A stretch of 32,000 nt of DNA, taken from Chlamydiales bacterium (lineage in GTDB: Bacteria; Chlamydiota; Chlamydiia; Chlamydiales; JAAKFR01). The DNA lies in the NCBI GenBank assembly GCA_041395025.1, contig JAWLBH010000001.1:330001-362000 (forward strand), written 5' to 3'. The notes under the pieces were generated by a model, which saw nothing but the letters and a program-made list of their open reading frames with translations, was not told the origin of the DNA and ran no database searches. Numbering within the stretch: position 1 is the first letter of the stretch; every line of letters begins with the position of its first letter. Made by a program: the position numbers and the translations under genes. Shown here in pieces: positions 9,872 to 16,640 of this stretch.

Positions 9872-10789
9872 ATGGATAGTAGCTTAGGTGATAGCTCGTT
9901 CATCTTATACCAAACAGAAGATAGCCAGACACGAGTAGAGGTGCATCTTTTAGATGAAACGGTTTGGCTTACACAGGCCCAAATGGCTGAGCTGTTTAGT
10001 AAGGATAAGCGTACAATCTCCGAACATATACAAAATATCTTTAAAGAAGGTGAGTTACTCACCGATTCAACTGTCCGGAATTTCCGGATAGTTCAAAAAG
10101 AAGGAACTCGTGAAGTTTCTCGACTGGTGGATCACTATAATTTAGATGTCATCATCTCAGTGGGCTACCGTGTTAAATCCCACAGAGGAACGCAATTCCG
10201 CATATGGGCAACAGCTAGGCTGAAGGAGTATCTCATCAAAGGGTTTACACTGGATGATGAGCGATTGAAGAGATTAGGTGGTGGTAACTATTTTGATGAG
10301 CTTCTTGCTCGCATTCGGGATATTCGGTCATCGGAGAAGGTCTTTTGGCGCAAAGTCTTGGATATCTATGCGACAAGTATCGATTATGATCCCAATATTG
10401 AGGCTTCGAAAGAGTTTTTTCGCATTGTGCAAAACAAGATGCATTGGGCGGCTCATGGCCATACAGCTGCAGAAATCATTTATAAAAGAGCCGATAGCAC
10501 TAAGAAGCATATGGGGCTTACCTCTTGGTCTGGAAAGGGCTTAAGCAAGGCAGATGCAGAGATCGCTAAAAATTACTTAAGCGAAGAGGAGTTGGGTATC
10601 CTAAATAGGCTTGTCTCAATGTATTTGGATTTTGCTGAGCTCCAGGCTTTACATAGAAGTCCCATATACATGAAGGATTGGATTGTTAAGTTGGATGATT
10701 TTTTGAGGGTAGCAACTCCAAGAGAGATCCTTTCACATGCGGGCAAGGTAAGTCACAAGATTGCCCTTGATAAGGCTCGTCTAGAGTAA
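9872..10789 (+). CDS. RhuM-family protein (virulence protein RhuM family), C-terminally shortened by an in-frame TAA
   Basis: The strings YQTEDSQTRVEVHLLDETVWLTQAQMAELFSKDKRTISEHIQNIFKEGEL and YNLDVIISVGYRVKSHRGTQFRIWAT are near-signature for the RhuM family, from memory. The same frame stays open for 44 more codons after the stop, to 10924. Confidence 0.85.
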   Translation: MDSSLGDSSFILYQTEDSQTRVEVHLLDETVWLTQAQMAELFSKDKRTISEHIQNIFKEGELLTDSTVRNFRIVQKEGTREVSRLVDHYNLDVIISVGYRVKSHRGTQFRIWATARLKEYLIKGFTLDDERLKRLGGGNYFDELLARIRDIRSSEKVFWRKVLDIYATSIDYDPNIEASKEFFRIVQNKMHWAAHGHTAAEIIYKRADSTKKHMGLTSWSGKGLSKADAEIAKNYLSEEELGILNRLVSMYLDFAELQALHRSPIYMKDWIVKLDDFLRVATPREILSHAGKVSHKIALDKARLE

Positions 10790-10990
10790 AAAAAATACCA
10801 AGAGCTATTGAAGAGCGAAGATATACCCTTAGTGGAGAAGCATTTTCAACAAGTGATTCAAGAAGTAAAAAAGATCGAGACAGATGAATCTGAAACACGG
10901 GCCAATGAATTGTCGCATTGCTGATACGACAATTGATCTTTAGCATGGCGCCTGCCCTTGAGTGAAAAGATCAGCTTCTACGCAATCCAT

Positions 10991-11536
10991 CTATTTATTA
11001 AATAGGTAGTGCTCAAAAGAGCATGCTTTGTCAGCGTATTTTGATCCCGAAGGTAAGTTTGCAATCCCTTCTCGCATTTCCCGTAGATGCTCTTCTTCTT
11101 CTAAAATAATGGATTTTACATACACCTTCGATTGATGCTCCCGAAGCACCTCATCATAAATGGGGTAGAATTCCTGAGCTCGGAGCTCTATGGCATAGGT
11201 CACAAGGAGATAGGCAATTTTTTTGACTTCGTATTTATCCAGACAACAGTCTTTAATGAGGTAACCGGATGTGAAAAGATCTAATTTGTTTAAATATTTT
11301 AGAGTATTGATTCCTCCAAGAATAGAAGGATGGCGGTAATTAGGGAAACGGGAAGATGAAACTCTCTTGATCTGTTTTTTTAAATAGTGAAAATGTCGAA
11401 ATTCCTCTGAAGCATGTTTAAGCATTTCTTCTTTTACCAAAGTAGGGTGTTCACAGGCAGCAATTTTCCGAGCTCCACAGTTTTCTAGGTAGGAGAGGGT
11501 ATTGAGCCATTTTGCGTGGAGGACATCCCTTTGCAC
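10991..11536 (-). CDS. ferritin-like di-iron carboxylate protein, function unknown
   Basis: Candidate ligands have four-helix-bundle spacing: E18, E45-x2-H48 (EEFRH), E117, E147-x2-H150 (EEEEH). The only usable start is a GTG with no obvious SD, and a TAG lies 9 codons upstream in frame. The N-terminus may therefore be incomplete. Confidence 0.6.
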   Translation of the reverse strand: MQRDVLHAKWLNTLSYLENCGARKIAACEHPTLVKEEMLKHASEEFRHFHYLKKQIKRVSSSRFPNYRHPSILGGINTLKYLNKLDLFTSGYLIKDCCLDKYEVKKIAYLLVTYAIELRAQEFYPIYDEVLREHQSKVYVKSIILEEEEHLREMREGIANLPSGSKYADKACSFEHYLFNK

Positions 11537-11544
11537 AATTTGGG

Positions 11545-11578
11545 TAAGTAGGGAGGTTAGCTAAGTAGGTAGGTTAGC
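11545..11578. repeat. 17-bp tandem direct repeat x2 (TAAGTAGGGAGGTTAGC / TAAGTAGGTAGGTTAGC)
   Basis: Read directly from the sequence. 16 of 17 positions are identical. It fills most of the 49-bp spacer between the bioA relic and the di-iron gene. Confidence 0.8.
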
Positions 11579-11585
11579 TTTGTCT

Positions 11586-12080
11586 TCATCTGTCTCCTTC
11601 AAGGGTTAGTGTAGTTGTGTCATATATTAGATTAAGCTCTTCTTGAGTGATGCAATAAGGAGGAAGTACGTAGAGAACGTTTCCCAGAGGTCTTAGCAAC
11701 ATCTTCTGCTTAATGAAGAATTGATAAAGATCATCACTAAGCGTCGAAAAATAGGTGCAATTGTCATCTCTATACTCTAGAGCTAGTATCGTTCCAAGAG
11801 ATTCACACCTCTTGAGTTTTGGATGATTTTTCCACTTCTTAACAAAATCAGTGTGAGAGCTTGTGATCATTGTTCTTTGCTTCTCACAATCCTGGACAAG
11901 AAGAAGATCAAGACTTGCAAGAGCACTTGCGCAGGAAATTGGATTTACGGTGTAAGAATGTCCGTTTAAATCCGAGGAACTTTGAGCTATGTTAATGAGC
12001 TCTTCGGCTCGAGTCTTGGACTTTTCTTCTGCACTTAGTGGATGCTTGGAAATTGCACTATCTGATACAATTTGATTCAT
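11586..12080 (-). pseudogene. bioA: 5'-truncated adenosylmethionine-8-amino-7-oxononanoate aminotransferase (BioA) relic; only about the C-terminal third remains
   Basis: GHSYTVNPISCASALASLDLL and LRPLGNVLYVLPPYCITQEEL match the conserved BioA C-terminal domain. 164 aa remain against ~430 aa for the intact enzyme. The N-terminal SAISKH-PLSA resembles the PLP-Lys region with the GLTGGYL segment deleted. Strong SD AGGAGGA lies 5 nt upstream of the ATG at 12080. Confidence 0.8.
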
Positions 12081-12200
12081 GTATTCCTCCTATTGAGTGG
12101 GGAGTTTTGGAGTCTGGTTGCCGCCAGGCTCTTGTTATTTCTAGGTTGTGTGCCATAAGCTATTCGAAGCATCTCCCTGAGAGGCGAGTGTTTTCATTAG

Positions 12201-12219
12201 GGCCTCAATAGCTGAGGCC
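12201..12219. terminator. GC-rich hairpin GGCCTCA-ATAGC-TGAGGCC, 6 nt beyond the stop of the Xis-like gene
   Basis: Perfect 7-bp stem. The T-tract (TTTTCTCT) follows the stem only on the + strand. On the - strand the stem is preceded by an A-run and followed by CTAATG. Confidence 0.35.
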
Positions 12220-12225
12220 TTTTCT

Positions 12226-12483
12226 CTAGGAGTCATTTGATACCTCCCCTTCGATTTGATTCGCTTTACTTTGAGAGGATAAAAAGTGAAAAAACTCCTT
12301 TTCTTTGATGAAGATCCTTCTTGAAAGTCTGACTAGGCATTCTTCGAGCCCCTCAGGTTGTCTATAAAGCAACCACCGAATGGAATTTTCGGTCATAAAT
12401 GGGTGCTTTTTAGCAAAGTTGCGAATAGCAAGCAGAGTGGGGATTTCACCATCTGCAGCTTTGTGATTGACGTTTTTTGTCAT
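12226..12483 (-). CDS. excisionase-family / Tn916-Xis-like helix-turn-helix DNA-binding protein
   Basis: LLAIRNFAKKHPFMTENSIRWLLYRQPEGLEECLVRLSRRIFIKEKEFFHFL follows the pattern of Tn916 Xis and HTH_17 proteins (TIEEASKYF..GENKLRRL......I..GNRIQIKRKQFEK). SD AAGGAGA lies 5 nt upstream of the ATG. Sits next to the integrase-like remnant. Confidence 0.6.
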   Translation of the reverse strand: MTKNVNHKAADGEIPTLLAIRNFAKKHPFMTENSIRWLLYRQPEGLEECLVRLSRRIFIKEKEFFHFLSSQSKANQIEGEVSNDS

Positions 12484-12486
12484 ATC

Positions 12487-12507
12487 GTCTCCTTTAGTTG
12501 AGGAGAC
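12487..12507 (-). promoter_or_regulatory. perfect 7-bp hairpin (GTCTCCT-N7-AGGAGAC) whose 3' arm is the SD of the Xis-like gene
   Basis: Read directly. The - strand reads GTCTCCTCAACTAAAGGAGACGATATG. Confidence 0.4.
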
Positions 12508-12673
12508 TCAGCAAAAAGAACACCGTATTAGATCAAATTTGATGTACTTTGGATTTGACGCTAAAAAGTAAATATTGAATACTGAAGTAAAGAAAGTGGT
12601 TCGCAAAACTATCTTTCGTCATTGTGCCTGTATGTTGTAGCATTCAGGCACTACTTTTTCTCCGGTTCTATTG

Positions 12674-13140
12674 CTAAGCCTCCAGTTGTTTTGGAAAATT
12701 GTTTAATTGAAATTTTTCGAGGATCTGTATCCTGCTTAAGATTCCTGTTTTCACTTTGTCGTATACTTGGGACCATTGAATCATTTTGGCGCTTACAAAA
12801 AATCCAAGGTCCGCTTCTAACCTGACTCGCTTGAAGACTTGGGTTAAGTGGGTTCGATAGATAGGATTACCTTTAGAAGTAATAAATAGTAGGTCAGCTT
12901 CGCTTTTATGAAGATCTTTTGTGCCTTCAAGATATTTTTTAGGTCTGTTCTCATCTTTGAGTCAAGACCAACTGTGCTTTTGCTACCATCTGATTCAGTA
13001 AATGTGACCTTGGCATTTTCTTCTCAAAAGAGAAGTCCCAAATGTATTGCTGTGCATAAAATGTGCTTTTTTGTGCATTTTTGCCGTTTGAGGCAGTTAT
13101 AGCTACAAAATAGCTCAGCGCATCACTTGGATATAAGTAC
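12674..13140 (-). pseudogene. possible eroded tyrosine recombinase/integrase remnant (frameshifted and shortened)
   Basis: Own - strand translation of 12955-12674 gives DENRPKKYLEGTKDLHKSEADLLFITSKGNPIYRTHLTQVFKRVRLEADLGF... This resembles the integrase segment lF....G.P......v...fkr....agl that precedes the HxLRH box. The catalytic boxes themselves are not recognisable. A second frame is open from 13140 to 12962. Position and orientation next to the tRNA 3' end fit an integrase. Confidence 0.35.
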
Positions 13141-13175
13141 TGTTGAGAGAATTATTTAGGTTGGAAAATGAAGGA

Positions 13176-13260
13176 CGGAAGAGGAGGGATTCGAACCCCC
13201 GGATGGTTGCCCATCTCCTGTTTTCAAGACAGGCGCATTCGGCCACTCTGCCACTCTTCC
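13176..13260 (-). tRNA. tRNA-Ser (anticodon UGA), CCA not encoded
   Basis: Reverse complement reads GGAAGAG-TG-GCA-GAGTGGCCGAA-TGC-G-CCTGT-CTTGAAA-ACAGG-A-GATGG-GCAA-CCATC-C-GGGGG-TTCGAAT-CCCTC-CTCTTCC-G. All arms fold, including the long variable arm typical of Ser. Confidence 0.9.
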
Positions 13261-13327
13261 TTTAAAAGATCTACTTCATTCTTTAAAACGCTTAGCCTAT
13301 AGAAACTCTTGCTCGATCTGTTATAAT

Positions 13328-14353
13328 TTAAAACTGTTGAAGAAACCGTAAATCATTTTCTAGGAAAAGACGAATATCGTTAATCCCAAAACGAATCATA
13401 GCTAGTCTCTCAATGCCAAATCCCCAGGCGTAACCCAAATATTTTTCAGGATCTATCCCACCTGATTTCATCACTTCAGGATGGACCATACCAGCTCCTA
13501 CAACTTCTAACCACCCAGTATATTTACAAATACCACACCCTTTTCCATCACAAATAATACAGCTAATGTCCACTTCAATACCAGGTTCTACAAAAGGAAA
13601 ATAGCTAGGACGGTAACGCATCTTAATCGTTTGTTGAAAAAATCTAGTAAAAAACTCTTCTATTGTAGATAGAAGATCTGCAAAAGTCACATCTTCATCA
13701 ATATAGAGCCCTTCGATTTGATGAAATAAAAGATGAGAACGTGCTGAAATGTTTTCATTTCGATAACATTTGCCCGGTGCAATCATCCGAATAGGAGGTT
13801 GACAGGATTCCATCACGCGTACTTGTGTATTTGAAGTATGGGTACGAATAAGCAAATCTTCGGTCAAGTAAAAGGTATCATGCATATCTCTTGCAGGATG
13901 ATTTTTTGAAAAATTTAAGGCTTCAAAATTGTAAAAATCTGAATCAATATCCGGGCCATATTGAACAGAAAATCCCATATTAATCAAGATGTCAATTGCC
14001 TCATGCAGGACCTTTAGAATCACATTTTGACGACCAATAAAACGACGTGAACCAGGAAGTGTCACATCCAATGTTTCATGACTCAGACGATGATTAATCT
14101 CTTCAAATTCAAATTGTTTAGATGTCGTAGCAATCTTTTCTTCAAGAAAACTTTTAAATTTATTGATTAAATCTCCAAAACGAGGACGAAGACTGGGGGA
14201 AACATTTCTTAAATCAGTCATTAACTTAGAAATATAACCTTTTTTCCCTAAGTATTTTAATCTTAAGGTTTCAATTGAATCTAAATCTTTACTTTGTTCT
14301 AAGTCCTTCTGAGCCTCTTTTTTAATTGCCTCAATTGTTTCCTCAAAATTCAT
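13328..14353 (-). CDS. pheS: phenylalanine--tRNA ligase alpha subunit
   Basis: 341 aa. Class II aaRS motifs seen: HPARDMHDTFY, FRNENISARSHLLFHQIEG, GFGIERLAM. Start overlaps the rplT stop (TAATG). Confidence 0.95.
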   Translation of the reverse strand: MNFEETIEAIKKEAQKDLEQSKDLDSIETLRLKYLGKKGYISKLMTDLRNVSPSLRPRFGDLINKFKSFLEEKIATTSKQFEFEEINHRLSHETLDVTLPGSRRFIGRQNVILKVLHEAIDILINMGFSVQYGPDIDSDFYNFEALNFSKNHPARDMHDTFYLTEDLLIRTHTSNTQVRVMESCQPPIRMIAPGKCYRNENISARSHLLFHQIEGLYIDEDVTFADLLSTIEEFFTRFFQQTIKMRYRPSYFPFVEPGIEVDISCIICDGKGCGICKYTGWLEVVGAGMVHPEVMKSGGIDPEKYLGYAWGFGIERLAMIRFGINDIRLFLENDLRFLQQF

Positions 14354-14709
14354 TAGACAAGCGCTTCTTTAGCTCTATCGACAACTGCTTTAAAACTTTT
14401 AGGATCATGAATTGACATCTCTGAAAGCATTTTGCGATTTAACTCACATCGTGCCTTTTTTAAACCATTCACTAATTTACTATAAGACAAACCATTGATT
14501 TTTGCTGCAATCCCGATACGAATAATCCAAAGTTGGCGAAAATCACTTTTTTTATTTTTTCGATGACGATAATTAAATGCTAATGCACTCATTACCGCAT
14601 TACTTGATTGTTTAATATGATTTTTACGATCACCCCAAAATCCTTTAGCACGCTTTAAAAGCCGCTTACGACGACGCCTTGAGGCAGGTGCACTCGTTGC
14701 TCTAACCAT
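14353..14709 (-). CDS. rplT: 50S ribosomal protein L20
   Basis: MVRATSAPASRRRRKRLLKRAKGFWG... is a typical L20 N-terminus. 118 aa. Confidence 0.95.
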   Translation of the reverse strand: MVRATSAPASRRRRKRLLKRAKGFWGDRKNHIKQSSNAVMSALAFNYRHRKNKKSDFRQLWIIRIGIAAKINGLSYSKLVNGLKKARCELNRKMLSEMSIHDPKSFKAVVDRAKEALV

Positions 14710-14713
14710 GATT

Positions 14714-14908
14714 CTAAACTCCTATCATTTTCTTATACATCTTTAACATCGTTTCTGGAACAGTTTTTGTATTTCCTAAACGACGCTTTCTTTCTGCAGA
14801 TTTTTTTGTTAAATGATGACGACGACCAGGACTTTTACGGAGAAGTTTTCCTCTACCCGTTACTTTAAATCGAGAGGCAATCGACTTATTTGTTTTCATT
14901 TTTGGCAT
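14714..14908 (-). CDS. rpmI: 50S ribosomal protein L35
   Basis: [25 protein letters not shown]... is the canonical L35 start. The ORF-track version (to 14950) adds 14 implausible residues. Re-set to the ATG at 14908. Confidence 0.9.
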   Translation of the reverse strand: MPKMKTNKSIASRFKVTGRGKLLRKSPGRRHHLTKKSAERKRRLGNTKTVPETMLKMYKKMIGV

Positions 14909-15437
14909 CTGATTTTTCCTTATTTTTTGACTTAGAAAGCTGAGGAGCAAGCACGCAAATCATACTGCGCCCCATCATTTTTGCAGGCGACTCCAAATGA
15001 GCAAATTGCTCTAACTCTTTTATCATTCGATCGACAATACGCTGACCAATTTGAGGATAAGCCATTTCCCTACCACGAAACCAACAAGTTAATTTAACTT
15101 TGTTTCCTTTTTCTAGAAACACCTGAGCTTTCTTTAATTTTGTTTGAAAATCGTGCTCATCAATATTTGGTTTAAGCTTAATCTCCTTAATTTTAATCTG
15201 ATGCTGAGATTTTTTACTCTCTTTTTCTCGTTTTGTCTGATCATAACGAAATTTTCCATAATCGACAATTTTGCAGACAGGAGGGTCAGCATTGGGTGCA
15301 ACCTCAACTAAATCAAGACCTAAATCTTGCGCCATGATAAGCGCTTCCCGAATTTGAAGAACACCCACTTGATCCCCCTGGAAGCTAATTACACGGACCC
15401 TAGGAGCACGTATTTGACGGTTAATACGAAAATTCAC
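14886..15437 (-). CDS. infC: translation initiation factor IF-3
   Basis: [61 protein letters not shown] matches the IF-3 N-domain. GTG start follows GGGAG by 7 nt. Its 3' end overlaps the rpmI start by 23 nt. Confidence 0.9.
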   Translation of the reverse strand: MNFRINRQIRAPRVRVISFQGDQVGVLQIREALIMAQDLGLDLVEVAPNADPPVCKIVDYGKFRYDQTKREKESKKSQHQIKIKEIKLKPNIDEHDFQTKLKKAQVFLEKGNKVKLTCWFRGREMAYPQIGQRIVDRMIKELEQFAHLESPAKMMGRSMICVLAPQLSKSKNKEKSDAKNENK

Positions 15438-15776
15438 ATTTCAACTCCCATTACAAATATCATCAACCTCCACTAAAATAGTAAAAATTAAAAGGAGATA
15501 CACTGTTTTTTCAATTTCAACATATGATAACAAAAAACCATTCGTTACCACCTAAAGCGATTGTAGATCTATAGTTGATTCACTAATAGGTTGCATAGTT
15601 AAAGAGGAAAATTTTAAAAGCTTTTTGCGAGAATTGCAAGGAAGAAATTCTTTTTCTGAAAGTTCTTTCTCAATAAAAAGATAACAAACAACTAGTAGAC
15701 CTCAAAAACTCATAAGAAATGGTCACAATTTGTAAAAACAACCTATAACAACTTATATTTACAAATCATAAATTCA

Positions 15777-16487
15777 TTAAATTAGGAGATCTTCAAACCT
15801 ATATTCAATATTAGAGAGATCTTCAAAATTCAATAGATCTTCAGAGAGATCTTCAAAATTTTGAAAATCGCAAATTCTCATTATAGCATTCTTGTTATCG
15901 AAATCGACTTTTTTCCTATTATCCATATTATCGTAGATTCCCATTGGATCTATATCTTGTTGGTATTCTTCCGGGTTCTCATTCTCTGCGCTTTGCCTGT
16001 TATCAATTTTTTGTAATTCTATGTTTACTAACTCATTAAATGTAAGTTTATTAAGGTTTATTTGATTACTTATTCTATCTTCTTTGTTTTTTACCGGAGA
16101 TATTTGAACCTCAGGGGGATTCTGCTGACTTTTATTCATTTGACTTTTATTCATTTTTTTTAAAAAAATTGCTGTTATACTTAAAGCAACCATGGTAATT
16201 CCACCTACTGCCATCGCAATTATAGTGTAGTTTTTTGTAAAAATCTCTAGACATGGGAGTCTAAGGATACGAGTTCCAAACCAACCTTGATGAGCACCAA
16301 ATATGATCAGTCCAGTCAAAAAAATGACGGTTGAGATAACAATAGATACAATTAAGGCATTCTTTAAAAATTTTTTTTTATAAAATAGATGATGTTTGTT
16401 ACCTACATCTTCTATCTCAGATAATTCCTCTACCTGTGAATACGGATTGTTAAAATTATTACTACCCACTTCCGCAAAGTTAGACAT
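15777..16487 (-). CDS. hypothetical membrane protein with two closely spaced TM helices (Inc-like candidate) and repeat-rich acidic C-terminus
   Basis: 236 aa. Hydrophobic segments lie at about aa 44-64 and 87-109 (DNA 16161-16358). Tandem MNKSQ-MNKSQ follows. The C-terminus reads NFEDLSEDLLNFEDLSNIEYRFEDLLI. No signal peptide. Confidence 0.7.
   Translation of the reverse strand: MSNFAEVGSNNFNNPYSQVEELSEIEDVGNKHHLFYKKKFLKNALIVSIVISTVIFLTGLIIFGAHQGWFGTRILRLPCLEIFTKNYTIIAMAVGGITMVALSITAIFLKKMNKSQMNKSQQNPPEVQISPVKNKEDRISNQINLNKLTFNELVNIELQKIDNRQSAENENPEEYQQDIDPMGIYDNMDNRKKVDFDNKNAIMRICDFQNFEDLSEDLLNFEDLSNIEYRFEDLLI
15784..15860. repeat. 30-bp-period direct repeats encoding the FEDL motifs
   Basis: agagagatcttcaaaatt is perfect at 15813-15830 and 15843-15860. 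A degenerate third copy aggagatcttcaaa lies at 15784-15797. Confidence 0.85.
16126..16155. repeat. perfect 15-bp tandem duplication (tgacttttattcatt x2), in frame, encoding MNKSQ-MNKSQ
   Basis: Read directly from the sequence. Confidence 0.9.
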
Positions 16488-16536
16488 ACTAAAACTTCTT
16501 CAAATTATTTTATAAGAAATTTTAGAATATTTTTAT

Positions 16537-16573
16537 AAAAAAAGCCATCTTTTAATTTATTAAATTAAAGATG
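16537..16573 (-). terminator. putative intrinsic terminator downstream of tRNA-Val
   Basis: The - strand reads CATCTTTAATTTA-A-TAAATTAAAAGATG followed by GCTTTTTTT. The stem is ~13 bp, AT-rich, with one bulge. Confidence 0.45.
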
Positions 16574-16640
16574 TTAATTATAATTATATATTTTATTTTA
16601 TAGAATATTTGTTTATAAAAATATCTTTTTACGTGGGAAT

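Larger units (their letters stand above)
9560..13228. mobile_element. degraded tRNA-Ser-associated integrative island (~3.6 kb)
   Basis: Bracketed by a 53-bp direct repeat of the tRNA 3' half. A Xis-like gene and an integrase-like remnant lie next to the intact tRNA. The cargo consists of gene fragments and accessory genes. Sampled lines are visibly G+C-richer (~47% at 9961-10020) than flanking coding sequence (~38% at 8401-8460). Confidence 0.75.

Noticed and set aside
9772-10062. 96-aa - strand ORF overlapping the RhuM start
   Set aside because: It is antisense to a gene with strong family-level similarity. Typical shadow ORF.
10278-10946. ORFs 10278-10544 (+), 10328-10510 (-) and 10686-10946 (-)
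   Set aside because: They are alternative-frame or antisense ORFs inside the RhuM coding region and its read-through extension. No independent support.
10933-10973. Possible terminator between convergent RhuM and di-iron genes (tgatcttt ... aaagatca)
   Set aside because: The stem is only 8 bp with a 24-nt loop and no adjacent T-tract on either strand. Too weak to call.
12622-13102. Two + strand ORFs (12622-12825 and 12908-13102)
   Set aside because: Low-complexity, hydrophobic or odd composition with no RBS. They lie antisense to the region whose - strand shows integrase-like residues. Most likely shadow ORFs in decaying DNA.
14909-14950. 14-codon N-terminal extension of rpmI in the track
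   Set aside because: The canonical L35 N-terminus MPKMKT starts at 14908. The extension would lie deep inside infC and has no RBS logic.
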